A DNA stretch of 64,000 bases from an uncultured Alphaproteobacteria bacterium (lineage in GTDB: Bacteria; Pseudomonadota; Alphaproteobacteria; Methylaequorales; Methylaequoraceae), in NCBI GenBank assembly GCA_902522465.1, contig CABYVV010000002.1, positions 1,764 through 65,763 on the forward strand, read 5' to 3'. Numbering within the stretch: position 1 is the stretch's first letter; each line of letters starts with the position of its first letter. The translations under genes were made by a program, and so were the position numbers. Positions 19,602 to 29,390 of this stretch are shown piece by piece. Below the pieces are notes generated by a model that did not search any database, had not been told where the DNA came from, and worked only from the letters and a program-made list of their open reading frames with translations.

Positions 19602-20699
19602 TTCGTATAAAACGTATTGATTTTTCTCATTAAGAAGTAACACATCTTTTAGTTCATTTTTACTCTTCTTATCTAAAAGTTGGCTGAGAGACCAAACACA
19701 GGATCCTCTAATAATTGAATTTTCATTTTCCAAGTGTTGAAATAAATCATTCACAAGATTTTTATTTTTGCTGTTACCAGATGCTATAATTACATTTCTC
19801 AAAAACCTAATCCATCCAATTCTTTTTACAGGTGAATTATGAAAATAATTATCAAACTTTTTTTTATTGAAATTAAGAAAAAAATTTAGGTCATTTAATT
19901 TTTCATTTGAAATAAGTTTCTTTTCAACCGCCTCAGTTGAAAATTTATTCCATGGGCAAATAGATAAACAGTCGTCACATCCATAAACTTTATTACCAAT
20001 TTTTTTCCTTAGGCTCATAGGAATTGGCCCTTTGTACTCTATAGTTAAATATGAAATACATCTTCTGGAATCAATAATATTATTCTTCAATAATGCATTT
20101 GTAGGACAGATATCTATACATTTATTACAAGTTCCACAGTTATCTTGCTCCTTTTCTGTCTCATGGATTTCTATAGGTAAAAAAATTTCAGCAAGAAATA
20201 ACCACGAACCAAATTTTTTGGATACTATGTTTGTATGTTTACCTTGCCAACCTAAACTTGCTTTTTGTGCAAAATACTTTTCTAGTATTGGAGAAGAATC
20301 AACAAATATTTTTGATTCTAATTTAAGTTTATTTTTCAACCAATATTGAATTCTTTTTAGTTTTTCTTTAATTACAACATGATAATCTTCATTGCTAGCG
20401 TATACACTAATGTTAGCTTTACCTTTTTTATTATTATATTTTATCGGGTTGCTTGGTGGTGAATAATTTTGCCCAACAACTAAAATAGTTTTAACATCTT
20501 TCCATATTAACTTTGGATTAATTTTTTTAGCGTAATGTCTTTCTAACCACTTCATTTCTCCGTGGTAATTTTTTTTGAGAAAATTTAAATAATTACTCTT
20601 TGTTCTTCTATCAATTTTAATATTAGAAAAACCTACCACATCGAAACCCGAATTTAAGATTTCATCTGAAATTCTTTTTTTTAAATCTTTCATTTTCAT
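19584..20699 (-). CDS. queG: tRNA epoxyqueuosine(34) reductase
   Basis: Ferredoxin-type CGTCNKCIDICPTNA and CDDCLSICPWN, with C-terminal HEAT-like repeats. 371 aa. Confidence 0.88.
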   Translation of the reverse strand: MKMKDLKKRISDEILNSGFDVVGFSNIKIDRRTKSNYLNFLKKNYHGEMKWLERHYAKKINPKLIWKDVKTILVVGQNYSPPSNPIKYNNKKGKANISVYASNEDYHVVIKEKLKRIQYWLKNKLKLESKIFVDSSPILEKYFAQKASLGWQGKHTNIVSKKFGSWLFLAEIFLPIEIHETEKEQDNCGTCNKCIDICPTNALLKNNIIDSRRCISYLTIEYKGPIPMSLRKKIGNKVYGCDDCLSICPWNKFSTEAVEKKLISNEKLNDLNFFLNFNKKKFDNYFHNSPVKRIGWIRFLRNVIIASGNSKNKNLVNDLFQHLENENSIIRGSCVWSLSQLLDKKSKNELKDVLLLNEKNQYVLYELNLIG

Positions 20700-20726
20700 T
20701 TTATACGCAATTATTATAATTCTCTA

Positions 20727-21416
20727 ATGCATAATAAATCAAATAAAGCTTTAGTTCTTTTAAGTGGTGGATTAGATTCATCAGTTGTTCTATCAATTTG
20801 TAGTAGAAAAAAATATCAAATTTATGCAATTTCTTTTGATTATGGTCAAAGACATAAGATTGAGTTAGAAAATGCAAGATGGCAAGCAAATTATTTTAAT
20901 TGTAAAATCCACGAGATATTCAAAATTGAATTTTATGGGGGTTCTGCGCTCACAGATAATATAGAAGTTCCTCAAAATAGATCTGTAGAAACAATTCCAG
21001 ACGATATACCAATTACTTACGTACCTAGTAGAAACATTGTTTTTTTATCATATGCATGTGGATATGCCGAAATAAATGATATAGATAACATTTACCTGGG
21101 AGTAAACTCTTTAGACTACTCTGGGTATCCAGATTGTAGAAAAGAATTCATAGATAGATTCGAAGATTTAATTAACAATTCTACTAAAAAAGGTCTTGAA
21201 GGAAGAAAATTTAAAATAAATACACCGCTTATTAATATGACTAAAGCACAAATAATTCAGTTAGGAAAAAATAACAATGTCAACTTTGCAATGACATTAA
21301 GTTGTTATAATCCAGAAAAAAAATACCCATGTGGAAAGTGTGATTCTTGTCTTTTGAGACAAAGGGGTTTTGAAGAAGCGGGCTTAAAAGATCCATTAAA
21401 AAATTATATAATTTAG
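20727..21416 (+). CDS. queC: 7-cyano-7-deazaguanine (preQ0) synthase
   Basis: PP-loop LLSGGLDSS, and a C-terminal Zn cluster CYNPEKKYPCGKCDSCLLR. Confidence 0.93.
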   Translation: MHNKSNKALVLLSGGLDSSVVLSICSRKKYQIYAISFDYGQRHKIELENARWQANYFNCKIHEIFKIEFYGGSALTDNIEVPQNRSVETIPDDIPITYVPSRNIVFLSYACGYAEINDIDNIYLGVNSLDYSGYPDCRKEFIDRFEDLINNSTKKGLEGRKFKINTPLINMTKAQIIQLGKNNNVNFAMTLSCYNPEKKYPCGKCDSCLLRQRGFEEAGLKDPLKNYII

Positions 21417-21428
21417 GGGTAAATTTAA

Positions 21429-22061
21429 ATGTATAAAGTAAAAGAGATATTTAAATCAATACAAGGTGAGGGATATAATTCTGGAAAAGATTCGGTTTTT
21501 GTAAGATTTGCTGGGTGCAATCTGTGGAATGGAAAAATTGAAGATAAAGAAAAAGCAGTTTGTAATTTCTGTGATACTGATTTTGTTGGGACAAATGGAA
21601 AAAATGGTGGAGTTTATAGATTAAAAGAACTAGTAGAGATTATAGATAAAGTTTGGGACTCATCTTTTTCTATAGAAAAAAAATTTGTTATATTAACTGG
21701 AGGAGAACCATTACTTCAAGTAGATGAGAAATTAGTAAGAACTCTTAAAAATATAAAGTATGATGTTGCTTTGGAAACAAATGGAACAATTAATACAATG
21801 ATAGATTTTGATTGGATCTGCGTTAGTCCTAAAGACCCAAATAATTGGAAGTTAAAGAGAGGGGACGAACTAAAGGTAATCTATCCTCAAAATAAGTTTA
21901 ATCTAAAACATCTACTGAAGTTAAATTTTAAACATTTTTTTTTGCAACCTAAAGATGATAAGTTCACTAGGTTAAATTTAGATAAAACTTTAAATTACTG
22001 CAAGCATAACAAGAAGTGGGTCCCTAGTTTTCAATTACATAAAATTATAGGAATGGAATAA
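21429..22061 (+). CDS. queE: 7-carboxy-7-deazaguanine synthase (radical SAM)
   Basis: IFKSIQGEGYNSG, with the cluster motif in the extended form C-X14-C-X2-C (CNLWNGKIEDKEKAVCNFC). Confidence 0.9.
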   Translation: MYKVKEIFKSIQGEGYNSGKDSVFVRFAGCNLWNGKIEDKEKAVCNFCDTDFVGTNGKNGGVYRLKELVEIIDKVWDSSFSIEKKFVILTGGEPLLQVDEKLVRTLKNIKYDVALETNGTINTMIDFDWICVSPKDPNNWKLKRGDELKVIYPQNKFNLKHLLKLNFKHFFLQPKDDKFTRLNLDKTLNYCKHNKKWVPSFQLHKIIGME

Positions 22062-22062
22062 A

Positions 22063-22419
22063 TTGTTAATTTTTAAAAAATATTACTTTGACGCTTCTCA
22101 TTTTATGCCAACCTTTGAAAAAGGGCATCATTATAGAAACATGCATGGACATAGTTATGAGGTGATAATAAAACTGTCTGGAAAGGTAAATGCCAAAAAT
22201 AATTGGGTTATGGATTTTGATAAAATAGACTCCTATGTGAAACCCGAAATATCCATTCTCGACCATTCAGTTTTAAATGAAATTGATGGACTTAAGCATC
22301 CAACTAGTGAAAACATAGCACAATGGTTATGGAAAAGAATAAAGAAGAAAATTCCAAATTTAGAAAGTATTGAAATTAATAGACCAAGGATAGGTGGATG
22401 TGTTTTTAATGGGGATTAG
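22063..22419 (+). CDS. queD: 6-carboxy-5,6,7,8-tetrahydropterin synthase
   Basis: 118 aa, PTPS fold, with FDASHFMP..HGHSY..V. TTG start lies 1 nt after the queE stop. Confidence 0.9.
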   Translation: MLIFKKYYFDASHFMPTFEKGHHYRNMHGHSYEVIIKLSGKVNAKNNWVMDFDKIDSYVKPEISILDHSVLNEIDGLKHPTSENIAQWLWKRIKKKIPNLESIEINRPRIGGCVFNGD

Positions 22420-22875
22420 TTATCTGTTTCCGTACAATGGTATATGAAGCTCATTAATAAAAACATCAGATGGTTTTTTACCTGACTGAGATATAACATC
22501 AATTGGGATACCACCTCTAGGATTCCAAAAACTGGCAACTCTGAGCCATTTTGGTTTTACAAACTTTATTATTTTTTTTGATATTCTAATAGTACAGTCC
22601 TCATGGAATCCACCATGATTTCTAAAAGAAAACAGAAATAACTTAAAAGATTTACTCTCCATCAAATATTTATTAGGGATATAGTCTATTATGATTTTGC
22701 CAAAGTCAGGTTGAGATGTTATGGGACAGATACTTGTGAACTCTGGTGCTATAAATCTTATACTGTAATCATGATCCTGGTGTTGGTTTTCAACGCAATC
22801 CAAAATAAAAGAATCTGGAGTGTAATCGGTTTTAGTTTCAGCACCTAGGTATTTAGGTTTTTTTATATTTGCCAT
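22420..22875 (-). CDS. queF: NADPH-dependent 7-cyano-7-deazaguanine reductase, unimodular type I
   Basis: Catalytic Cys context FTSICPITSQPDF and QueF motif ESKSFKLFL. Confidence 0.92.
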   Translation of the reverse strand: MANIKKPKYLGAETKTDYTPDSFILDCVENQHQDHDYSIRFIAPEFTSICPITSQPDFGKIIIDYIPNKYLMESKSFKLFLFSFRNHGGFHEDCTIRISKKIIKFVKPKWLRVASFWNPRGGIPIDVISQSGKKPSDVFINELHIPLYGNR

Positions 22876-23974
22876 GGTATTTACTATATTTATTTTTTAT
22901 TGTTTGAAAATCATTGTCAATAATTGACTTTCTTATATCAGACATCATCTTCATGTAAAATGCAATATTATGTAAACTAAGAATCATTGAGGATAATATT
23001 TCATTACTTTTTGTTAGATGATGTAAATATGATTTGGAAAAGTTCTGAGAAACATGACAATTTATGGTATCATCCAAAGGTGTCTTATCAAATGCAAAAC
23101 AAGAGTTTCTAAGGTTAATTTCTCCAAATTTTGTAAAAGCTCTACCATTTCTTCCAAATCTCGTTGGCAAAACACAGTCGAACATATCAATTCCTTTTTC
23201 AACTGCGCAAATAATATCTATTGGTCTTCCAACACCCATCAGATATCTTGGTTTTTCTGTTGGCAATTCATCTAAACAAAAATCTAACACTTCCATCATT
23301 TTTTTATGCGATTCTCCAACAGATAATCCACCAACTGCATAACCATCAAAAGATATTTTAGTTAATTGATGTGTACATATTTTTCTTAAATTCTCATAAA
23401 TTCCTCCTTGGATTATTCCAAAAAGACCAAATCCAGTTCTTTTATTAAATGCAACCTTGCATCTTTGTGCCCATCTCAATGACAGTTCCATAGATTGTTT
23501 TGTTCTCTCATACGAAGCTGGGAATTCTGTACATTCATCTAAAACCATAGATATATCAGAATTCAATTTTTCTTGGATTATTATGGCATTTTCTGGTGTT
23601 AAATTTATTTTTTTCCCGTCAAGATGTGAAGTGAAATTAATGCCATCCTCATTTATGGTTCTTAATTTAGATAAAGACCAAACTTGATATCCACCAGAAT
23701 CAGTAAGGATAGGCTTTTTCCAGCTAATAAAATTTTGCAAACCACCCATTTTTTGAATTAGACCTTCACCTGGCCTGAGCATTAAATGATATGTATTGGC
23801 TAAAATTATTTCGGTATTAAGTTTTTCTAGATCTTTTTGAAATACAGCTTTAACAGTACCTTGCGTTCCAACTGGCATGAACACAGGAGTTTTAATTTCT
23901 CCATGTTTTGTTACTAACTTTCCTGCTCTCGCTTTATCATTTTTTGAGTCAATAGAAAAACTAAATTTAGTCAT
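22853..23974 (-). CDS. tgt: tRNA-guanine(34) transglycosylase
   Basis: TPVFMPVGT, LTDSGGYQ, GLSVGE, and the Zn site C..C..C..H region (INCHVSQNFSKSYLHHL). Confidence 0.93.
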   Translation of the reverse strand: MTKFSFSIDSKNDKARAGKLVTKHGEIKTPVFMPVGTQGTVKAVFQKDLEKLNTEIILANTYHLMLRPGEGLIQKMGGLQNFISWKKPILTDSGGYQVWSLSKLRTINEDGINFTSHLDGKKINLTPENAIIIQEKLNSDISMVLDECTEFPASYERTKQSMELSLRWAQRCKVAFNKRTGFGLFGIIQGGIYENLRKICTHQLTKISFDGYAVGGLSVGESHKKMMEVLDFCLDELPTEKPRYLMGVGRPIDIICAVEKGIDMFDCVLPTRFGRNGRAFTKFGEINLRNSCFAFDKTPLDDTINCHVSQNFSKSYLHHLTKSNEILSSMILSLHNIAFYMKMMSDIRKSIIDNDFQTIKNKYSKYHGKYKKT

Positions 23975-25013
23975 TTCTGTTCCAGATTAAACATGCGTCT
24001 CCGTATGAAAAAAATCTCATTTTATTTTTAATTGCAAATTCATAAAGCTTGATGGTTCTTCTTTTTCCAAGGATGGCAAAAATTATTGCAAGTAGTGTTG
24101 ATTTTGGCGTATGAAAATTTGTTATAATTCCGTCAATAGTATTGATTTTCCATCCTGGTTTAATAAATAAATTCGTCTGACCTTTGAAAGGTTTTATACT
24201 TCCATCTGAATTTTTAGACGATTCTAAAAGTCTTAAAACAGTTGTTCCTACAGCAATTATTTTTCCTCCGTTTTCTCGTATTTTATTTATTTTACTGGCT
24301 GCTTCTTTGGTTATTTCTCCACTTTCAAAGTGCATAATGTGATCTGATAAATTTTTCGTCTTAACTGGTAAGAAGGTTCCTCCATTAATGTGCAAAGTGA
24401 TTTTAATAATGGAGATCTTTTTCTTTTTAATTTTTTCTATTAAATTACTGGTAAAATGCAGACTAGCAGTTGGAGCAGCAACTGCTCCTTCCTTTTCGGC
24501 AAAAATAGTTTGATAATCTTTAAAATCATTTTTTGTTAAACCACGTTTTTTTATATAAGGAGGCAGAGGGATTTTGCCAAATTTATCTATTTTCTTTTTA
24601 AAATTCTTTAATGTTTTATTGAATCTAAGGAAGTAAAGATTATCATTTTTGCCTATTTTTTTTACAATAATAGTTCCATAAAAGCTTTCAAAAAAAAAAA
24701 TTTTTTCTCCATCTAAAACATGTTTATTTTTTTTTATAAATACACTCCAAATATTCTTCTTATGATCTTCAAGTTTATTAAGATTGATTTGAATTTTTTC
24801 ATCTTTTATTTTTCCTTCTAAATCAGCATTTATTACTTTTGTGTCATTTATAATCAGTGCATCTTTAGGACTAAGTATATTAAGAATCTCGGAGAATTTA
24901 ATAATTTTATTTTTCTTTCCATTTACAAGCAAACTTGATTGATCTCTTGGTTTTTTTGGATAAAGTGCAATTAGTTCTTTTGGTAAATTAAAGTTTAGAT
25001 CATCTAACTGCAT
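23967..25013 (-). CDS. queA: S-adenosylmethionine:tRNA ribosyltransferase-isomerase
   Basis: FNLPKELIALYP, PLPPYIKK, AAPTASLHF, AVGTTVLR and FFSYGDA. Confidence 0.93.
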   Translation of the reverse strand: MQLDDLNFNLPKELIALYPKKPRDQSSLLVNGKKNKIIKFSEILNILSPKDALIINDTKVINADLEGKIKDEKIQINLNKLEDHKKNIWSVFIKKNKHVLDGEKIFFFESFYGTIIVKKIGKNDNLYFLRFNKTLKNFKKKIDKFGKIPLPPYIKKRGLTKNDFKDYQTIFAEKEGAVAAPTASLHFTSNLIEKIKKKKISIIKITLHINGGTFLPVKTKNLSDHIMHFESGEITKEAASKINKIRENGGKIIAVGTTVLRLLESSKNSDGSIKPFKGQTNLFIKPGWKINTIDGIITNFHTPKSTLLAIIFAILGKRRTIKLYEFAIKNKMRFFSYGDACLIWNRND

Positions 25014-25015
25014 GA

Positions 25016-26149
25016 TTAATACAAACTTTTGATTATTTTTTTTAAAAATGTTTCACATTTCTTCAATTGAGATATTCTGATAAATTCATTAGGTTTATGT
25101 GCCTGCTCAATACTACCTGGACCACATACTACAGTTTGAAAACCCAATTTATTAAAAACACCAGCCTCAGTCCCAAAACTAACTGTATCAATGGAATTAG
25201 AATTCAGGTTATTTAAACATAATGAAATTACTTCAGAATTTTCTGGTGTATTTAATGGAGGAAAAGTGATTTGTTCTTCAAATTTAATTGAACACTTACT
25301 GTTAAAATTTTTCATTTCTGACTCTAATTTGTTCAAATAATTCTTAGTCTCACTTAAAAATTCTCCTGTGTTAAAACTTGGTGTATTTCTAATCTCAAAC
25401 TCTAGTTCACATAATTTTGGTATTATATTTACAGCAATACCACCATGAATTTTTCCAATATTAATTGTTGAAAAGCTAGGAATAAATTTTGGATCTTTTT
25501 TCTTTTTTATTTCTAGTTGTTTTTTTTTTAAAAATTCAATAAAATTTGAACAATAAATTATCGAATTTAAACCGTTTTCAATCAGTGATGAGTGTGATTC
25601 GAGTCCATTAAAATATACTTTAAAATTTCTTTTTCCTTTGTGCTGATTTACCAATTTCATTTCAGTGGGTTCACCTACTATACAAAATTTAGGTTTTGGA
25701 TTTAGTTTAGATAAAAATGGAACTAGTTTTTGTATTCCCTTGCAACCTACCTCTTCGTCGTAAGAAAAAATAAGGTGAAGTGGTTTTTTTAACTGATTTA
25801 CTTTTATTTGCGCTAATAAACTAAGAACAACTGCAATAAATCCTTTCATATCACAAGTACCTCGCCCAAAATATTTATCTCCTTTTTTTACTAATTTAAA
25901 TGGATTTGTTGCCCAATCTTGGCCACTAACTGGGACAACATCAGTATGACCTGATAATATTATTCCACCTTCTTTAGCTGGACCGATTCTTGAGTAGATA
26001 TTAAATCTACCTTTATGACCCTCAAACCTTCTAACTTCACAGTTTAGATTTTTTAAAAAATTAATTATGAAAAAAGCTATATCTTTGTTGCTGGTTTCAC
26101 TGATAGTTTCATATGAAACTAACTTATTGAATATTACCTCAAGGTTCAT
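25016..26149 (-). CDS. argE: Acetylornithine deacetylase (M20 peptidase family)
   Basis: SGHTDVVPV and GRGTCDMKGFIA resemble E. coli ArgE HTDTVP / GLGTADMKGF. 377 aa. Confidence 0.8.
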   Translation of the reverse strand: MNLEVIFNKLVSYETISETSNKDIAFFIINFLKNLNCEVRRFEGHKGRFNIYSRIGPAKEGGIILSGHTDVVPVSGQDWATNPFKLVKKGDKYFGRGTCDMKGFIAVVLSLLAQIKVNQLKKPLHLIFSYDEEVGCKGIQKLVPFLSKLNPKPKFCIVGEPTEMKLVNQHKGKRNFKVYFNGLESHSSLIENGLNSIIYCSNFIEFLKKKQLEIKKKKDPKFIPSFSTINIGKIHGGIAVNIIPKLCELEFEIRNTPSFNTGEFLSETKNYLNKLESEMKNFNSKCSIKFEEQITFPPLNTPENSEVISLCLNNLNSNSIDTVSFGTEAGVFNKLGFQTVVCGPGSIEQAHKPNEFIRISQLKKCETFLKKIIKSLY

Positions 26150-26151
26150 TT

Positions 26152-26916
26152 TTAAGAATTATCGAATTGTTCATTAATTATTCTTTCTTCAAGGTCATGC
26201 CCAGGGTCAAATAATAAATTTACGAATAATTTTTTTTCTAGTCTTATTTCTAATTTTTGAATATTTTGGAATTGCATGAAATCTGCTTCGGCTCTAACTG
26301 GTCTTAAGTCAGAATCTTTTGCATAAAGCGTTATTTTAGCATCGTTGTTCAATAGAGCCCCTCTCCATCGTCTTGGTCTATATGGGCTAATAGGCGTAAG
26401 TGCTAACACTTTTGCACCTACAGGAATAACCGGGCCTCTGAGAGATAAGTTGTAGGCTGAACTTCCAGCAGGCGTTGAAATAAGACATCCGTCACCAAGA
26501 AATTCTTCTATTCTTATTTTATTATTTATTTTAATTTTAATTTTAGCAATTTTAGAACTATTTCTTATTAAAGAAACATCATTGAAAGCCAAACTTTCTG
26601 TGATTTCATTTTCTTTATTATAACATTTGATTTTTAGTGGATAAAGTTTGTAAGGTATTGCTTCCGTAAGTCTTTTTACCAACCCTTTTTCAGAAAACTC
26701 ATTCATTAAGAAACCTATATGTCCTCTATTCATTCCATAAATTGGTTTTTTTAAATGCATAAAATTATGTAAAGATTGAAGCATTGTTCCATCACCTCCA
26801 AGAGCAACAATAATATCAGCGTTTTTTGGAGGAACATGATTGTATTTTTCTTTTATCTTTTTTAATGACTTTTTTGCATCTGGTTTGTTCGAAGATACAA
26901 ATCCTATTTTTGTCAT
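26152..26916 (-). CDS. nadK: NAD+ kinase
   Basis: GGDGTML, and STPAGSSAYNLSLRGP (the NE/D-GxxxYxxSxGG-like region). Confidence 0.9.
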   Translation of the reverse strand: MTKIGFVSSNKPDAKKSLKKIKEKYNHVPPKNADIIVALGGDGTMLQSLHNFMHLKKPIYGMNRGHIGFLMNEFSEKGLVKRLTEAIPYKLYPLKIKCYNKENEITESLAFNDVSLIRNSSKIAKIKIKINNKIRIEEFLGDGCLISTPAGSSAYNLSLRGPVIPVGAKVLALTPISPYRPRRWRGALLNNDAKITLYAKDSDLRPVRAEADFMQFQNIQKLEIRLEKKLFVNLLFDPGHDLEERIINEQFDNS

Positions 26917-26918
26917 TG

Positions 26919-27902
26919 CTATCCTCCAGTTGTATTCATATACCTTTTTTTTATATAACTCTTTTCATTAATATTGAAAAAATGTTTTTCAGGCTTGGTA
27001 TATATTAATTTTTGCAGAATTTTGATTAACTTTTTATCATCCTGTTCATTCAAGAATGGATTAAGATCTACAGAATTATTATCGCCGAGACATGGATATA
27101 TTATACCATTAGAAGTAACTCTAATCCTATTACATGTGCGGCAAAAATGGTTAGAAATTGGTGAAATGAAACCAATATGTGTGTCTAGACTCTTGCAATA
27201 ATAATAATTTGATGGACCGGGAGACTTTAGAGATGAGGGTTCTAATTTTAACTCTTTATTGATGATCTCTTTTGCATTTGAAACAGGAAGATATTGTTTA
27301 TTTCTTGATATTGGCACATCACCAATTGGCATAATTTCGATGAATGATAGTTTGAAGTTATGTTCCCCACACCATTTTACTAAATTTATAATTTCATCTT
27401 CATTAAAATTTTTAATCAAAACCGTATTTATTTTTACTTCAATTCCTTTTTTTTTTATAGAGAATATTCCCTCAAGTACTTTTTCTAAAAGTCCCCCATT
27501 AGTTATAAAGTTAAATTTTTCACTTATCAGTGAGTCTAATGAGACATTTATTCTTCTAACACCATACTTAAATAAACTCTCTGAATATTGACTTAGTTGT
27601 GTGCCATTGGTAGTTAAAAGCAATTCATCAATTTCGTTGTTAATTTTCTTTGATCCTAAAAATTTTATGTATTCAATTATATCTTTACGAATAAGAGGTT
27701 CACCTCCTGTTATTCTAATTTTTTTTATACCAAGTTTAATAAGCGCCTCAGATATCTTCTTTAAATTGGTGAGAGTTAAAATGTCTTTTTTTTTATAAAA
27801 AAAGGGATTGGTTTGAGGCATACAATATTTACATCTTAGATCACATCTGTCTGTAACAGATATTCTAACGTAATTAATTCTTCTTCCAAAACTATCTAAC
27901 AT
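26919..27902 (-). CDS. moaA: GTP 3',8-cyclase (molybdenum cofactor biosynthesis protein A)
   Basis: Radical SAM CDLRCKYC, a C-terminal auxiliary cluster CRTCNRIRVTSNGIIYPC, and a GG C-terminus. Confidence 0.92.
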   Translation of the reverse strand: MLDSFGRRINYVRISVTDRCDLRCKYCMPQTNPFFYKKKDILTLTNLKKISEALIKLGIKKIRITGGEPLIRKDIIEYIKFLGSKKINNEIDELLLTTNGTQLSQYSESLFKYGVRRINVSLDSLISEKFNFITNGGLLEKVLEGIFSIKKKGIEVKINTVLIKNFNEDEIINLVKWCGEHNFKLSFIEIMPIGDVPISRNKQYLPVSNAKEIINKELKLEPSSLKSPGPSNYYYCKSLDTHIGFISPISNHFCRTCNRIRVTSNGIIYPCLGDNNSVDLNPFLNEQDDKKLIKILQKLIYTKPEKHFFNINEKSYIKKRYMNTTGG

Positions 27903-27985
27903 TTATTTTTCTTTGAAGTTTGTTTATATTTAAGTGTCATTAGTTAAAATAATAATGTAATCAAATTTTTAGTAAATTTAAAGCC

Positions 27986-28780
27986 ATGAAAATAAAACCC
28001 AACTTAAACGATACCTATTTGACAAAAAAAAAAATAGGAATTAATGAAAATTTTAAAAAAATAAAACTCGATGTTATAGAAGAAAGACCTGTTACATTGT
28101 TCCTTAATGACCAAGAAATTGTAACTATGATGACAATTAACGATTATCCAAAATATCTGGGAATTGGTTATTTACTAAATCAAAATATGATTAATAAAAA
28201 AACTAAAATCGAATCAATTGAATATCATTCCGACTTAAGTACGATAGTCGTAAGAACTGCGAAAAGTACAAATTATGAAAATAGATTGAAAAAAAAAACT
28301 GTAACGTCCGGTTGTGCACAAGGCACATTATTTGGTGATGTAATGGAAAAGTTTAAAACTATTAAATTCAATAATGTCTCAAAAATAAAAAAAACATGGA
28401 TTTATGACTTATCAAAAAAAATTAATTTAACTCCGAGTCTTTATTTAAAAGCTGGTGCAATTCATGGATGTGTTCTTTGTCAAAAGAATAAACCGTTAGT
28501 TTACATGGAAGATGTTGGGCGACATAATGCGATTGACAAAATAGCTGGGTACATGAAAGTTAATAAAATTTTACCTAATAATAAAATCTTCTATACAACT
28601 GGGAGACTAACAAGTGAGATGATAATTAAAACTGTTCAAATGAGAATACCTATACTTATTTCTAGATCTGGTTTTACAGCCTGGGGAATTGAATTAGCTA
28701 GAAAAGCTAACCTAACATTGATTGGAAGAGCAAAAGGAAAAAGATTTATTATTTTAAGTGGAGATAAAAGAGTTGAATAA
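27986..28780 (+). CDS. fdhD: Formate dehydrogenase accessory sulfurtransferase
   Basis: VTSGCAQG (conserved Cys loop), EDVGRHNAIDK and SRSGFT. Confidence 0.9.
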   Translation: MKIKPNLNDTYLTKKKIGINENFKKIKLDVIEERPVTLFLNDQEIVTMMTINDYPKYLGIGYLLNQNMINKKTKIESIEYHSDLSTIVVRTAKSTNYENRLKKKTVTSGCAQGTLFGDVMEKFKTIKFNNVSKIKKTWIYDLSKKINLTPSLYLKAGAIHGCVLCQKNKPLVYMEDVGRHNAIDKIAGYMKVNKILPNNKIFYTTGRLTSEMIIKTVQMRIPILISRSGFTAWGIELARKANLTLIGRAKGKRFIILSGDKRVE

Positions 28781-29390
28781 AGATACAGTAGGAATGATTT
28801 TAGCTGGTGGAAAATCAAGTAGAATGGGACAAGATAAATCTATAAAAAGAATCAATGGAAAAAATTTAATTGAACTTGTATTTAGAAGATCTGAAAAACA
28901 AGTTAGTGAAATGATAATAAACTCAAATCTCGCACGAGAACATTTTCAAAATTTAAACTATAATGCATTACTTAGTGATTGTATTCCCGGTAGCTTAGGC
29001 CCAATGGCGGGGATATTAACTGGAATTAAATGGGTTAGAAAAAATACAAAGAAAAAATGGCTTGTTTGTTTTCCGGTGGATTCTCCATTTTTTCCTAAGA
29101 ACTTAGTTATGGAATTTTTACATGAAAGCAAAGGAAAACAAGTTGTATTAGCCGAAAGTTCGGGTAGGTTACACCCAGTTTTTTCAATGTGGAATATAGG
29201 TTTTGAATTAGAGAACAAAATAGAGCATTTATTAAAAAATGGAGAAAGAAAAATAGACAAAATTTCTAAAAAATTTAAAACTAGGGTAGTAAATTTTCCA
29301 GATATTGGATATGATCCATTTTTTAATATTAATACTCCCGAGGATTTAGAAACAGCAAATAGAATAGAAAAAGAATTTAAAATTAATTAA
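28758..29390 (+). CDS. mobA: Molybdenum cofactor guanylyltransferase
   Basis: GMILAGGKSSRMGQDK, GPMAGIL and DSPFFP. The start is ambiguous (GTG 28758, TTG 28773 or ATG 28794), and all candidates abut or overlap fdhD. Confidence 0.85.
   Translation: MEIKELNKDTVGMILAGGKSSRMGQDKSIKRINGKNLIELVFRRSEKQVSEMIINSNLAREHFQNLNYNALLSDCIPGSLGPMAGILTGIKWVRKNTKKKWLVCFPVDSPFFPKNLVMEFLHESKGKQVVLAESSGRLHPVFSMWNIGFELENKIEHLLKNGERKIDKISKKFKTRVVNFPDIGYDPFFNINTPEDLETANRIEKEFKIN

Noticed and set aside
20700-20726. A possible preQ1 riboswitch upstream of queC, and a possible Moco riboswitch in the moaA/fdhD spacer (27903-27985).
   Set aside because: The queG-queC spacer is only 27 nt, which is shorter than the minimal preQ1-I aptamer plus expression platform. 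The 83-nt moaA/fdhD spacer is too short and too AT-rich for the ~130-nt Moco motif, and I see no conserved stems.
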